A DNA stretch of 64,000 nucleotides from an uncultured Candidatus Rokubacteria bacterium (GCA_963762145.1 CAVXJS010000009.1:416001-480000), one strand, 5' to 3'. Numbered from the stretch's first letter, positions 49,088-60,220 are shown. Notes: a model not told the origin generated them from the letters alone. Made by a program: numbers and translations.

Positions 49088-50311
49088 CTAGACGGCCGGG
49101 GAGCGGATGTGCTCGGCGCGGATGCCGACGCCGACCACGCGGGCGGGCAGGCGCTGGAGAGCCGGGTAGCGCGCGAGCAGCCGGATCGCGAGGGGCGGCG
49201 CGAGGCCGGTCTGGCCGCCCTGCAGTGCCCGGGTGATGACTCGCCGCTGCACGAGAACCTGCAGCCGCTGCGTGACGCGAGTCGGCCACTGACGGCGCGC
49301 CTGTACGCGGCGGAGCTGGGCGAGGGTCGGCCGGCCCGCGCGCAGCGGCTCCCACAGAAGGTTGGCGGTCGCGACCGCGTCCTGGATGGCCAGGTTGATG
49401 CCGACGCCGCCGACCGGCGACATGGCGTGCGCGGCGTCGCCGATGCAGAGCAGGCCCGCCCGCTGCCACTCCCGCAGGCGATCCACCTTGACGGTGAGGA
49501 GCTTGACGTCGTCCCAGTCGCGGATCTCACCCGTCCGGTCGGGGGCCCACGGAGCGAGACGCGCCACCTCGGCGCGGAAGGCCTCGAGGCCACGCCGGCG
49601 GACGTCCTCCGCCGAGCCCTTCGGGATCACGTAGCCGCACTGCCAGTGCTCGCCGCGGTTGATGAGGACGAAGATCCGGCCGATGTCGAAGCGGCCCATG
49701 GTGGCCGCCGGGTCGGACCGGTGGCGCGAGAGCCGGAACCAGAACACGTCCATGGGCGCGCCCAGGTCCTCCACCGAGAGCCCGGCCCGCTCCCGGAGCA
49801 CCGAGGACCGCCCGTCGGCGGCGACCACCAGGTCGGCCCGCACCTCGAGCGGGCCCGCCGGCGTGACGGCGCGGACCCCGATCACCCGGCCCGCGTCCTC
49901 GATCAGCCCGGTGGCCTCGGCCCGCATCTCGAGCTGGAAGGTCGGAAAAATCTTCGCCTGGCGGACCAGGAAGTCGAGGAAGTCCCACTGCGGCATCATC
50001 GCGATGAACTTGCAGCGAGTCGCCAGGTGCGTGAAATCGGCGATGGTGACCGGAAAATCCCCGAACTGCGCGACCAGCCGGGGGACTTCCTGATGCGGGA
50101 GCCGCAAGAACTCCTCCAGGATTCCGAGCTCGTGCATCAGCTCGAGCGTGGAGGGGTGGATGGTATCGCCCCGGAAATCGCGCAGGAAGTCCGCGTGCTT
50201 CTCCAGCACCTGCACGGACACCCCAGCCCGGGCCAGGAGCAGGCCCAGCATCATCCCGGCGGGCCCGCCGCCCACGATGCAGCAGCGGACCGCCCTCGAC
50301 GCGGAGGCCAT
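49088..50311 (-). CDS. FAD-dependent monooxygenase/oxidoreductase
   Basis: GGGPAG; ADGRSS; IGDAAHAMSPVGGVGIN. Confidence 0.93.
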   Translation of the reverse strand: MASASRAVRCCIVGGGPAGMMLGLLLARAGVSVQVLEKHADFLRDFRGDTIHPSTLELMHELGILEEFLRLPHQEVPRLVAQFGDFPVTIADFTHLATRCKFIAMMPQWDFLDFLVRQAKIFPTFQLEMRAEATGLIEDAGRVIGVRAVTPAGPLEVRADLVVAADGRSSVLRERAGLSVEDLGAPMDVFWFRLSRHRSDPAATMGRFDIGRIFVLINRGEHWQCGYVIPKGSAEDVRRRGLEAFRAEVARLAPWAPDRTGEIRDWDDVKLLTVKVDRLREWQRAGLLCIGDAAHAMSPVGGVGINLAIQDAVATANLLWEPLRAGRPTLAQLRRVQARRQWPTRVTQRLQVLVQRRVITRALQGGQTGLAPPLAIRLLARYPALQRLPARVVGVGIRAEHIRSPAV

Positions 50312-50384
50312 CTATGTCACGATCCCCCGGCCCGGGAGCCCGGAACACGGGGCGAATGACGGCAATCTGGGTTAGGATTCTGGC

Positions 50385-51422
50385 ATGAGCACTCCGAACG
50401 CATCGCAGGTCAGAGTATATCGTGCCGCCGACGCGCCGCCCGGCGCGCTCGCGGGCGAATCCGTCGCGGTGCTCGGCTACGGCCATCTCGGCCGCACCGC
50501 CGCGCTCAACCTGCGCGACTCCGGCGCAAAGGTGCGCATCGGCAATCGCGAGGACGAGTACGCCGAGCAGGCGCGGGCCGAGGGCTTCGAGGTGGTGTCG
50601 ATCGCCACCGCGGCCGCCGACGACGTGGTGTACGTGCTGCTGCCCGACGAGGTCATCCCGACCGTCTTCGACGCGGAGATCGCGCCCACGCTGCGGGCGG
50701 GCAGCGCCATCGCCTTCGGCTCGGGCTACAGCCTGGCCTTCGGCCTCATCCACCCGCCGGAGACGATCGACGTGCTGCTGGTGGCCCCGCGCATGGCCGG
50801 GACCACCGCGCGCAATCGCTACCTCGAGGGCCACGGGTTCTGGGCCTGCGTGGGCGTGGAGGCCGACCGCAGCGGGCGGGCCGAGCAGCGCATGCTGGGC
50901 TTGGCCGATGGCATGGGCGTGCTGCGCAAGGGCGCGGTCCAGATGTCCGCGAAGGTCGAGGCCACGCTCGATCTCTTCATCGAGCAGACGGTGGGCTCGA
51001 TGCTCGGCATGGCGATCATGATGGCCTTCGAGGTCGCGCGCGACGCCGGCATGCCCGCCGAGGCGCTGGTGCTCGAGATGTACATGTCGGGCGAGATGGA
51101 AGCGGTCTTCCAGGCCTTCCGGGAGACCGGCTTCTTCCGCGCCTCCGAGGACCACGGGCCCACCGCGGTGTTCGGCGGCATCACCCGCTCGCTCGAGATG
51201 GACCGCGAAGCCATGGCGGAGAGCTTCCGCAAGACCCTCGAGGACATCAAGAGCGGAGGCTTCGCGCAGCGCTTCCAGGAAGAGGCCCGGAACGGGTACC
51301 CGATGCTGGAGTTCGCGCGGGCCATGATGCACGGCGGCTCGCCGATCACCGAGGCGGAGAACCGCATCCGGCGCCTGACGTCTCCCGACTCGTCCGGCGC
51401 CAGCCCAGGAGGGTCGACATGA
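50385..51422 (+). CDS. Divergent ketol-acid reductoisomerase-like protein
   Basis: VLGYG..ALNLRDSG; LLPDE; VAP; EATLDLFIEQ; IKSGGFA. Confidence 0.8.
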   Translation: MSTPNASQVRVYRAADAPPGALAGESVAVLGYGHLGRTAALNLRDSGAKVRIGNREDEYAEQARAEGFEVVSIATAAADDVVYVLLPDEVIPTVFDAEIAPTLRAGSAIAFGSGYSLAFGLIHPPETIDVLLVAPRMAGTTARNRYLEGHGFWACVGVEADRSGRAEQRMLGLADGMGVLRKGAVQMSAKVEATLDLFIEQTVGSMLGMAIMMAFEVARDAGMPAEALVLEMYMSGEMEAVFQAFRETGFFRASEDHGPTAVFGGITRSLEMDREAMAESFRKTLEDIKSGGFAQRFQEEARNGYPMLEFARAMMHGGSPITEAENRIRRLTSPDSSGASPGGST

Positions 51423-51511
51423 CCCTCGCCCTCCGGTGCGCCTCCACCCTGCCCGTGGCGGGCGGCGACCGCCTCGGCTGAGTTGCCCGCCAGCGCCCCC
51501 GCGCGGCCGCG

Positions 51512-52141
51512 TCAGGGCTGAAGCCGCGTCCCCCGCCACGCCCCGCCGGTGAAGCCCGCCGCGGTCGGCTCGAGCGTCCGCGCCCACACCGCGCGATCGT
51601 GGGCGCGCCCCGGCTGCCCCGCCCACAGCTCCACCCGCTCCGCCCACACGCGATAGCCGCCCCAGCGCTTGGGCCGCGGCACGTCCGTGCCGTGCGTCTG
51701 CTTCGTCGCCTCGATCTTCTCGAGGAACGCCCGGCGCGAGGCGATGGGCCGGCTCTGGTCGCTCGCCGCCGCGGCCACCCGCGCGTCCAGCGGCCGCGTA
51801 TTCCAGTAGCGATCGGAGTCGGCCTCGGGCGCGTGCGTGACCGGCCCTTCCACGCGGATCTGGCGCTCGAACACGTCCCAGTGGAAGACGAGCGCGGCGC
51901 GCGGGTTCGCGGCGAGGGCCAGGCCCTTCGTGCTCTCGCGATCGGAATAGAAGACGAGCCAGCCCAGGCCCACGTCGAAGCCCCGGCAGATGACCATGCG
52001 CACCGTCGGGCGCCCGTCGGCCCCCACGGTGGCCAGCGCCATCGCGGTCGGGCTCTTCATCGCGGGCCGCGCCTCCTCGAGCCACTGCGCGAGCAGCGGG
52101 AGGGGATCGGCGGGCAGGATCTCGGGAAGCGGCTCACTCAT
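51512..52141 (-). CDS. pdxH: Pyridoxamine 5'-phosphate oxidase
   Basis: MALATV..PTVRMV; RQIRVEG; QSRPI; WGGYR; HDR; RLQP. Confidence 0.9.
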   Translation of the reverse strand: MSEPLPEILPADPLPLLAQWLEEARPAMKSPTAMALATVGADGRPTVRMVICRGFDVGLGWLVFYSDRESTKGLALAANPRAALVFHWDVFERQIRVEGPVTHAPEADSDRYWNTRPLDARVAAAASDQSRPIASRRAFLEKIEATKQTHGTDVPRPKRWGGYRVWAERVELWAGQPGRAHDRAVWARTLEPTAAGFTGGAWRGTRLQP

Positions 52142-52166
52142 GGCCGGCGCAGGATAGCACGGCGGT

Positions 52167-53594
52167 TCACGAGGTCGACCCGTCACGCCGGCGCCGGCGC
52201 TTGACGCTCTCCCGGTGCAGGGCCCGCGCGCGGACCAGCAGGGTCACCGCGAGCCAGAGCGCGATCACGCCGAGTGGCACCGCGACGACCCACGGCCAGA
52301 CCAGCGCGACGAGGCCCAGCAGGAGAAGCACGAGCCCCGCCGCGCCCATGATCCTGGCCTCGGCCGGCCCGAGCGCGCGATGCCCGGTCATCGCCGCCCC
52401 GACCGCGCTCCCGATGCTGACCGCCCCCGCGGCGGCGCGACCGGCGCTCCCCGGCTGGCGGGCCGGGCGCCGGGGTGCCTCTGCGCGCTTCACGACCCGG
52501 GCCCTGGCGGTCAGGGTGATCTCGGTCGCCCGTCCGAGATCGTCCAGGTACATGTCCTCCATCTCGGCCGCGAATCCCTCGTCCTCCACCGCCACGTCGA
52601 GCTCCCAGTTGCCGATCCACGACTGGAGATTCAGATTCGTGGAGCCGACGCGGGCCCAGCGCCCGTCCGCCACCGCGGTCTTGGCGTGGAGCATCGTGCC
52701 ATTCCACTCGTAGACTCGCACCCCAGCCTCGAGCAGCGGACGGTAGCCCGCACGCGACAGCCCGCGCAGGATCCAGATGTCGGTCGCCCCGGGCACGAGC
52801 AGCCGCACGTCCACGCCGTCGCGCGCCGCGGCGCGCAGCGACTGCACGTAGGCGCTCGTTCCGACGAAATAGGCGTCGGTGAGCCAGAGCGTCCGTCGCG
52901 CGGCGGCCGCGATCAGCTGATCGAGGCGATAGAGCTCGGCGGTGCCGGGCATGCTGGCGATCACCCGCACCGCGACATCGCCCGCGGCGGACCGCGAGTC
53001 CCTCGCCGACACCTCCGCCGCGGGGATCGGCGGACCGGTGAGGGCCCACATCCGGGCGAACGCCCGCTCGAGGTCCGCGATCGCGGGACCGCGCAGGCCG
53101 ATCCCGGTATCGCGCCAGGGCTCGATGCCCCGCGCGACGTCGCCGACCCAGTAGCGCCCGACACAGAGGCCGGTCACGAAGGCGACCTGGCCGTCCACCG
53201 CCAGCATCTTGCGATGGTCGCGCGAGAGCCAGCTGACCGCGCTCGAGAAGCTCGGTGGATTGAAGCAGCGGACCTCCACGCCCGCGGCCCGCAGCTCGCG
53301 CCAGAACCGGCGCGAGGTCTTGCCCACCGCCCCCAGCCAGTCGTAGATGACCCGGACCCGCACTCCCGCCCGGGCGCGGGCCGCGAGGGCCTGCGAGAAC
53401 TGCCGGCCCGTCTCGTCATCGTGGATGATGTAGCTCTCGAAGTGGATCGAGCGCCGGGCCGCGCCGATCGCCTCGAGCCAGGCCGGGTAGTTCTGGGCCG
53501 CGTCCTTGAGCAGGCTGACATCGTTGCCGGCCACGAGCGGCGCCCCCGAAGCGCGCGCGAACGCATGTTCGATCGAGTCGAACGCGGAGCGCAC
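52167..53594 (-). CDS. Cardiolipin synthase-like PLD
   Basis: DHRKMLAVD; WRDT; [13 protein letters not shown]; C-terminal TM pair. Confidence 0.9.
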   Translation of the reverse strand: MRSAFDSIEHAFARASGAPLVAGNDVSLLKDAAQNYPAWLEAIGAARRSIHFESYIIHDDETGRQFSQALAARARAGVRVRVIYDWLGAVGKTSRRFWRELRAAGVEVRCFNPPSFSSAVSWLSRDHRKMLAVDGQVAFVTGLCVGRYWVGDVARGIEPWRDTGIGLRGPAIADLERAFARMWALTGPPIPAAEVSARDSRSAAGDVAVRVIASMPGTAELYRLDQLIAAAARRTLWLTDAYFVGTSAYVQSLRAAARDGVDVRLLVPGATDIWILRGLSRAGYRPLLEAGVRVYEWNGTMLHAKTAVADGRWARVGSTNLNLQSWIGNWELDVAVEDEGFAAEMEDMYLDDLGRATEITLTARARVVKRAEAPRRPARQPGSAGRAAAGAVSIGSAVGAAMTGHRALGPAEARIMGAAGLVLLLLGLVALVWPWVVAVPLGVIALWLAVTLLVRARALHRESVKRRRRRDGSTS

Positions 53595-53623
53595 CTCGTC
53601 AGCGCCGCCGCCGCACTCGCCCG

Positions 53624-54229
53624 TCAGTGGCGATGGCCGGGAAGCAGCTCCCCCTTCGCCATGGCCAGGTGATGGGGGCCGTGGTGGCCGCCCTGCACCA
53701 GGAGCCCGGCGAAGCCGAGAGCGCGGATCCGCGTGACGGTCGCGGCGTCCGCGGGCTGCCGCGCGGTCACGGTGAGACGGAGGCCGCCGGGAATCGGCTC
53801 GGTCCTGGCGGTCCAGTCGGGCATGTGGTCCAGCTCGCGCGCGTGCGGCGCGAGCATGGCGCGGATGGCCCGCTCGGTCCGCGCCGCGCCGGTGACGTCC
53901 ATGGCCAGGCCGCCGGGTACCGCGTTCGTCTTCACGCTCGACCGCAGCACGATCTCGTTCATGTCGATCAGATGCTGCCGCAACCGCTCGAGATCGACGC
54001 GGCTCCAGTCGGTGCCGGGGTCGGCCTCCAGCCGGCGCACCACCTCGGCGATCGCGCCGAACGCGTCCTGCCCCGGCATCGTCGGCGCGCCCTCCGGCCC
54101 GGCCACGCGATGGCCGTGCGTCTGGTGTGGCGCGGCCGGCGGCGCGGGCGGGCCCTGGGCCAGCAGCGGCGGCGTGATCAGCAGAGCGCCGAGGCCGAGG
54201 CTCAGCGCGATCGTGATGGGTCTGGACAT
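53624..54229 (-). CDS. Exported His-rich hypothetical protein
   Basis: AGGAGG RBS; signal peptide; LRQHLIDM; HHGPHHLAM. Confidence 0.75.
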   Translation of the reverse strand: MSRPITIALSLGLGALLITPPLLAQGPPAPPAAPHQTHGHRVAGPEGAPTMPGQDAFGAIAEVVRRLEADPGTDWSRVDLERLRQHLIDMNEIVLRSSVKTNAVPGGLAMDVTGAARTERAIRAMLAPHARELDHMPDWTARTEPIPGGLRLTVTARQPADAATVTRIRALGFAGLLVQGGHHGPHHLAMAKGELLPGHRH

Positions 54230-54253
54230 CGTCCCCTCCTGGTTGCGCCCATC

Positions 54254-54904
54254 TTACCCCAGGGAGTCGGCGGCGAACGCCCGGACCCATCGGGCCATGG
54301 CCTCCACGTCGCCTCGCGTGACCGCGTCCGATCTGCCCTGGTCCGCGTGGTCGCGGAGGAGGGCCAGCCCGGTGATGCGCTCCTTCGAGCGCGTGCTGTA
54401 GGCCCCGGTCTTGGCCAGCTCCGCATTGAGGCTCTCGATCGTGGCCGTGGGCGGCGGGACGAACCCGCGCGCCTCGCACAGCTTCCGCAGGGCCCGCTCG
54501 AGCACCGCGCCGACCAGCGATGCGGCGGGAAGATGGTGCCCCGCCGCGAGCAGGCCCTCCGCCTGGCCGATGAAGCTGCCGAGCACGTCGGCCTCGATGA
54601 CGTGCCGGAATTCGAAAAAGTGGCCCTCTCCGAAGTCTTTCGCGGCCGCCAGGAGCACCCCTTGCAGACGTGGCACGTACGCGGCGGGCTGGTCGATCCG
54701 GGCGAGCTCCAGCAGCGCCCGGTAGTGCTCGGAGCCTTCGCCGCAGGCCCGGCGGATGAGGTTTCTCGTCCGCAGCATCAACTCCGCCGACCGCACGCGA
54801 TTGGGGAACTTCTCCTTCGCGTCGGACAGGAGCGACTCGCAGAACGCGATGAGCGCCTCGAAGTCCCGCAGGATAACCTCGCGGACGGGCAGTGAATCGC
54901 TCAT
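54254..54904 (-). CDS. DUF4145/HEPN-like protein
   Basis: [17 protein letters not shown]; RDHADQG at the RxxxxH position. Confidence 0.7.
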   Translation of the reverse strand: MSDSLPVREVILRDFEALIAFCESLLSDAKEKFPNRVRSAELMLRTRNLIRRACGEGSEHYRALLELARIDQPAAYVPRLQGVLLAAAKDFGEGHFFEFRHVIEADVLGSFIGQAEGLLAAGHHLPAASLVGAVLERALRKLCEARGFVPPPTATIESLNAELAKTGAYSTRSKERITGLALLRDHADQGRSDAVTRGDVEAMARWVRAFAADSLG

Positions 54905-55043
54905 TCCGGGCCCCATCTTAAGGGAACGCCTCGAAAAACCGCGTACTTTGCGTCCCCCCGCGTCGGGCGCGGTTGACATCGGTCCGCGCGGCGGCTACAG
55001 TCCCCGCGACCGCCAGATCGATGCTTCACGCGAGGCGGATCCC

Positions 55044-56180
55044 GTGCTGATCGACCTCCGCAACGCTCTCCGCCGGTTCTACGATGCCCAGGGATTCCTG
55101 CTGGGATCCGCGCTCTCGTTCTCGTTCCTGCTGTGCCTCGCGCCCCTGGCCCTGCTGTTCTTCTCGGGCACCGGCTTCCTGCTGGCCTCCGACCGGGCGG
55201 CCGGATCCGTGGTGAAGGTCGCGACCTCGCTGCTGCCCGGCTACAGCGCCGAGATCCTCGGGGTCCTGGATCTCCTCAACGAGGAGCGACGGGTGACGGG
55301 CACGCTCGGCGTGGTCGGCCTCGTCGTCTTCGCCACGCCGCTCTTCGCCCTGACGCGCACCGCCATGAACGCCGCCTTCCGGGTCGAGCGAGCCCGGAGC
55401 ATCGTCCACGGCTTCGCGTTCGACCTCGCCGCGCTCGGGGCGGTCGGCCTGCTCGCCATCGCGCTGGCCTCGGCGCTCCTGCTGCTCGCCACCTTGTCCG
55501 ACATGGCGGCGACCGTGGGGGTCCCGACGTCGATCCTCTCGAGCGTCTGGGTGCGGTCGATGGCGCCCGCGCTCCTGTACGTGACCGTGCTGGGGCTGCT
55601 GTTCCTCGTTTACCGCACTTTCCCGAACACGCCCGTCTCGACTCGCGCCGCGATCATCACGACCCTGATCGTCGCGGTGCTCTGGGAGATCGCGCGCCTG
55701 GCGTTCGCCGCCTACCTGACCCGCTTCGGCACCTACAACAAGCTCTACGGCTCCTTCGGTGTGATCGCGGCCACGCTCGCGTGGATCTACTACGCGACCG
55801 CGATCTTCGTGTTCGGCGGTGTGCTGACCGCCGTCCTGAGCGAGCGCTACCGTGGCGCGGTGCTCGATCCGCCTCCCGCGGCGAGCCCGCCGGCCGCCCA
55901 GACGACGGGGCCGCCCTCGCGCGTGCCGGCCTATCTGTCCATCGCACTCGGATCCGTCGTGGTCCTGTTCGCGGTTCAGAACGGGGCACCGGTGACCCTC
56001 CACTTTCTCGCCTGGGCCTTCGTCGACATCCCGCTCGCCGGAGTGGTCCTCGGCACGCTTGGCGCGGGCGCCTTGGTCGCGGCCGTGCCGCTCGGGATGG
56101 CCTACACCCGGCTGCGTTCCAGGCTGCACGCGGCGGAGGCCCGGCGGCGGGCTTCCGAGTCCAGCGACTACGAGCGGTAG
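55044..56180 (+). CDS. YihY/BrkB membrane protein with C-terminal LapA-like domain
   Basis: YNKLYGSFG..WIYY; VLFAVQNGAPVTLHFL. Confidence 0.85.
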   Translation: MLIDLRNALRRFYDAQGFLLGSALSFSFLLCLAPLALLFFSGTGFLLASDRAAGSVVKVATSLLPGYSAEILGVLDLLNEERRVTGTLGVVGLVVFATPLFALTRTAMNAAFRVERARSIVHGFAFDLAALGAVGLLAIALASALLLLATLSDMAATVGVPTSILSSVWVRSMAPALLYVTVLGLLFLVYRTFPNTPVSTRAAIITTLIVAVLWEIARLAFAAYLTRFGTYNKLYGSFGVIAATLAWIYYATAIFVFGGVLTAVLSERYRGAVLDPPPAASPPAAQTTGPPSRVPAYLSIALGSVVVLFAVQNGAPVTLHFLAWAFVDIPLAGVVLGTLGAGALVAAVPLGMAYTRLRSRLHAAEARRRASESSDYER

Positions 56181-56280
56181 GCTGCCAGGCGCCTCCTCAT
56201 CGAAGGTGGCCGCTCGGATCGATCTGATCAGGAGGGCCACGCGCGCCCACGGGAGCAGGTACGGGAGCTGGTTCACTCGA

Positions 56281-58150
56281 TCACCGGGCTGACGCTACAA
56301 GGTGAAGCCGAAAAATCGCGCCTCCGGTCGGGCTGTTGTCGACGAGCAGACGACCGCCGTGAGCGTGGACGATGGCGCGGCTGATCGCCAGCCCCATACC
56401 GAGCCCGTCGTGCTTGGTGGTGAAGAACGGCTCGAAGATCCGATCGCGGTCAGCTTCCGCGATGCCCTTGCCCGAATCGTGCACGCCGAGCTCGAGGTAC
56501 GGCGCCGACGCGGCCGATGTCCACACGGTCACCTTCCGCGTCGGGGCTCCTTCGTTCGCCGCGGCACTGATCGCATTGGTGAGCAGGTTCAAGATCACTT
56601 GCTGGATCTGCACCCTGTCGCCGTACGTGACCGGGAGGGCGGCCGCAGAGGAGAATTCGATGCTGACGGCATGCAGCAGTGCATCGTTCGCGACCAGGCG
56701 GATCGTGTCTGCCGCGAGGTCGTTAAGCGCGAGAGGCGTCCTGACAAACTCGGCCTTCTTGAGCAGTTGCCGCACGCGTTGGATCACTGCGTCCGCTCGC
56801 CGGTCATCGCTGACGATGTCGTCGAGACACGATCGCAACTCGTCGAGTGTCGGCCCTGCACTCGCCAGCAGGCGCTTCGCCGCTTGCGCATTGGTGAGGA
56901 TGCCCGTCAGCGGTTGGCGCAGCTCGTGCGCGAGCGATGCGACAAGCTGGCCCATGGCGCCAAGGCGGTCGAGATGAACAATCTGACTCAGGTGGAGCTG
57001 CGCGGCCCTCTCGGCCTGCCGTAGCGCTGCCTGGGCCTCGCGGCGGCGTCGGCGCTGAACGAGCAGCGTGACGATGAGTGCCGCCTGCGTCGCGATGAGT
57101 CCTGCCGCGCTCACGATATGCCAGCGGTATTCCTGCCAGAGCGTCGGCTGGCGGAAGAGGATCACGCTGCCTGGCGGCAGGCGATTCTCGCTGATATTCC
57201 ACCGTCGCAGCTCCCGCCAGTCGTACCGCGGGCTCAGAGCCGGGATGACCTGGGGAGGGAGCCTGGAGATCGGTTCCCCGCGCAGGACCCGAATGGCGAT
57301 ACGGGCCGACGCCTCGCCCTGGGCTTCGGCCTGGTAGAGACGGCCACCAACCAGCCCCAGCCCCAGCTGGTTCTGGTAGAGGCCATTGATGGGCGCGTTG
57401 GCCACCGCGTGGAGCTGCTGGAGCGCTTCGTCCTGGTTGTGGGTCACGCCCGACGCATCGCGGATGAGCAGGGCGAGGAGGATGAACGAGCGCGGAGGCA
57501 ACGTGGCCACCCGCTGCAGCAGCTCGTCGAACGACAGGTCGTTGAGCCAGCTGAAGCGTACGCGGTCCTGGAAGGGCTCGAACGCCTTCTGAAAGATCGT
57601 CGTCCAGAACCGCTCGAGCGGGGAGGCCCCGATCACGACGGCGATGTGGTTCGTGTCGGGCGCCAGCTGCAGAATGTCCTCGACCAGGCCCGCGAGGTCG
57701 AACGACTCGCCGACGAAGGTGGCGTTGCTCTTGAACGCGTCATCAGGCAGCGTGCGCCGGTCCATGCCGGTGTAGATGATGGGCGCCCCTGGAAAGAGAC
57801 GGTCCCGATATTTCACCACGAAGCGACCAGCCGGCGATCCGATCGGCACCACCAGATCGGGATGCCACTTCGCGAGACGCGCGAGCAGGAACTCGACGAA
57901 CGGGCCCTCCATGTCCGGCTGCGCGTAGCGGGCCATGTCCAGGGAGACCTCGTCCATGTCGACGCCGCTCCCCCAGCTCCTTGGTCAGCGTGGTCTGGAA
58001 GGCGGTCGAGTGCGTCGTGAACGGGGGCGCCGTGCTCCCGAAGGAGTGGACGATGAGGACGCGCTTGGGCTGAGGCTCCGCCCCGTTGGAGGCACTGGCA
58101 GTGAGCGCCAACAGGAGGAGGCCGAGCGATAGCCTGCCCCAGGTCGTCAT
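56281..58150 (-). CDS. Sensor histidine kinase with periplasmic ABC-binding-like domain, frameshift near 57965
   Basis: AHELRQPL; NLLTNA; DSGKG; FFTTK..GMGL; signal peptide in the upstream frame. Confidence 0.88.
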
Positions 58151-58415
58151 TTGGCGGCGACAGAATCGCATAGAGCGAATGGCCCTACAAGGCTCGTGGG
58201 ACCGCTCCCAATCCCTTGCACAGGCTTCACCGCGTTCCAACCATTAGGTCCGCAGCATGAAGACTGCGACCGGGTCTGCTTGTGAGCTTACAAATCGAGT
58301 TGCTCGAACAGACCTATCCCGGATTTGAGGAACGGCTCATGAGGTTCCAGGGTGGCACAGAGCGAGCATCAGACTAGACGAGGCGCTCGGGGGCCGGCTA
58401 ACTCCGTATGGTAAA

Positions 58416-58459
58416 TGGTAGGCGGGGGAGGATCGAACTCCCGACCCCGGCCTTGTAAG
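58416..58459 (-). repeat. Duplicated 3' half of tRNA-Val (att site)
   Basis: Matches 60221-60265 except one G in a homopolymer; stops at the anticodon loop. Confidence 0.92.
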
Positions 58460-58552
58460 CGCGTCTCGCCCCTACCGGCTACTGTTGGTGATGCTGCTAT
58501 TCCGGTGACTTAGCGCTGACCATTGTTGGTACTGTTGGCCGGTTTTGGCACT

Positions 58553-58690
58553 TCAACTGGCACTGGTTTTCTGCGCCGCTTCGAGCATGCGCATGGCATC
58601 GCGCAGGTGACTGGGCGAGAGGTGCTGGTAGCGCATCGTCATATGCGGGTCGCGGTGCCCGAGGATCTCCATGATCGCCCGCTGCGGCAT
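58553..58690 (-). pseudogene. Tyrosine integrase C-terminal fragment
   Basis: IMEILGHRDPHMTMRYQHL box II motif. Confidence 0.85.
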
Positions 58691-58895
58691 CGTGTCGGCG
58701 GTGATGGCGGCCGGCACCGCGCTCGTGGGGTGGTTCCAGCGCGGCACCGCGCTCTACCGCAAGCGCGGCTACCGCATCGAGCTGGGGCAGCCGAACGACT
58801 ATTTCCTCAAGAACATGACCGCGATTAGGGCGGAAGTACGCGAGACGCTGGCGATCTACAAGCCCTCTGCTTTCGCGAAGGTGGCCGGGCTCACC
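58691..58895 (+). pseudogene. HK97-fold major capsid protein C-terminal fragment
   Basis: GTALVG.F..DYFLKNMTAIRAEVRETLAIYKPSAFAKV. Confidence 0.78.
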
Positions 58896-59189
58896 CCGGC
58901 CCGACGGGCGCCCGACCGAGAATCCGCTCGTGGTGGTATTCTCGTGCCGGCATGGCGACTTCTTGGCGCATCGAGTGCTCACCGTGCCGGAGGCTGGGTT
59001 ACGCCGATCGGCGCGCGGATGCGGATCGCATGGCCAAGGACCATGTTCAAGGCGACAGTACGAAAGCCCATTCCGTGACCGTCGAGCGCGGGTCAGCGGA
59101 CCCTCCACCGGTCAGCGGGCGACGCTAACGATGAGTCGCGCTCGATGACGTCCTAATGGCGTGGGCGCAGTGCCGCTGAGCTGACGCGC

Positions 59190-60073
59190 GTGTACCCAGC
59201 CACTTTCTTCGGTCTATTCCCCGCCTTTCCAAGGAACCTTCGTGTATTCGTCGCGATGAGCTTTGATCGGGCCTATGAGGCGCGTTGGCTCAATGTCATT
59301 TCGCGGGCAGTCAACCTCATCGAGATAAACGGGCAGCCGCTGGAGCCTCATCGTGTCGACTTTCGGAGCGCCGGCGATTCGATCCTGACGGAGATCCTTG
59401 ACGGAATCGCTCAATGTCGTACCTTCGTGGCCGATATCACATCGATTGGTGACATTGGAGGGCGACCAGTCCGAAACGCGAATGTCATGTATGAGGTTGG
59501 GCTCGCTCATGCGATGCGGCAGCCTGAGGAAGTGCTGTTGTTTAGATCGGACGAACACCCGCTAATGTTTGACATTTCCAATGTTCGTGTCCACCGGTAC
59601 GATCCCGATGGCTCGCCAGATTCGGCCACGGAGCTTGTCAGGGACAAGATAGCGCAATCGCTCCGCGAGATAGACTTGAGGAAGAATCTAGCGGTCAGAC
59701 GGATTGCGACGGCGCTTGACTATCGCAGTTGGATGACACTTGGGAAACGATGGGCAAGCCTATCCAGCACCCACAACTGGTAACCATGGGGCAGGCTGTC
59801 GCAGGAATAGCCCGGTCACAAGCGATTTCGCGGCTGCTTGATGTTGGAGCCTTAGAGGTTGAATTCGCCAAGATCTCCCCGGCGCTCGTCAGGGACACCA
59901 CGCGAAAGGGAGAAGACCTCGTCAGCTACAAGGTCACTCCACTCGGAGTAGCCCTTGTAGAGTACGCGGCCCGAGAACTGAACCTGCACTCACCCGACGT
60001 CCGCGAGATGGTTGAGGATGAGATCAGAAATCCTCCGAATCCGAATCCGGGCACGCCAAGGCAACAAGGATAG
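59190..60073 (+). CDS. NDT/TIR-like domain protein with possible C-terminal wHTH, frameshift near 59745
   Basis: VFVAMSF; FVADIT; NANVMYEVGLAHA; LMFDI; AISRLLDVG..YKVTPLG. Confidence 0.75.
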
Positions 60074-60220
60074 CAGGGTGCGGTGGGCGGATAGCAGGGC
60101 GGGACGGCAAGGTGACCAGACTCGGCTTCAGCAGCGTGCCCCACGGGCTTTCTGCACTGGCACTATTTCGGCACCGGGGGGAACCGACAGATCAGCGGTG
60201 TACTCCAGGGACCTGATAGT

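Noticed and set aside
58546-58563. Sigma54 promoter at TGGCAC repeats (also near 60158)
   Set aside because: No TTGC -12 element; symmetric position near the att sites fits arm-type sites better
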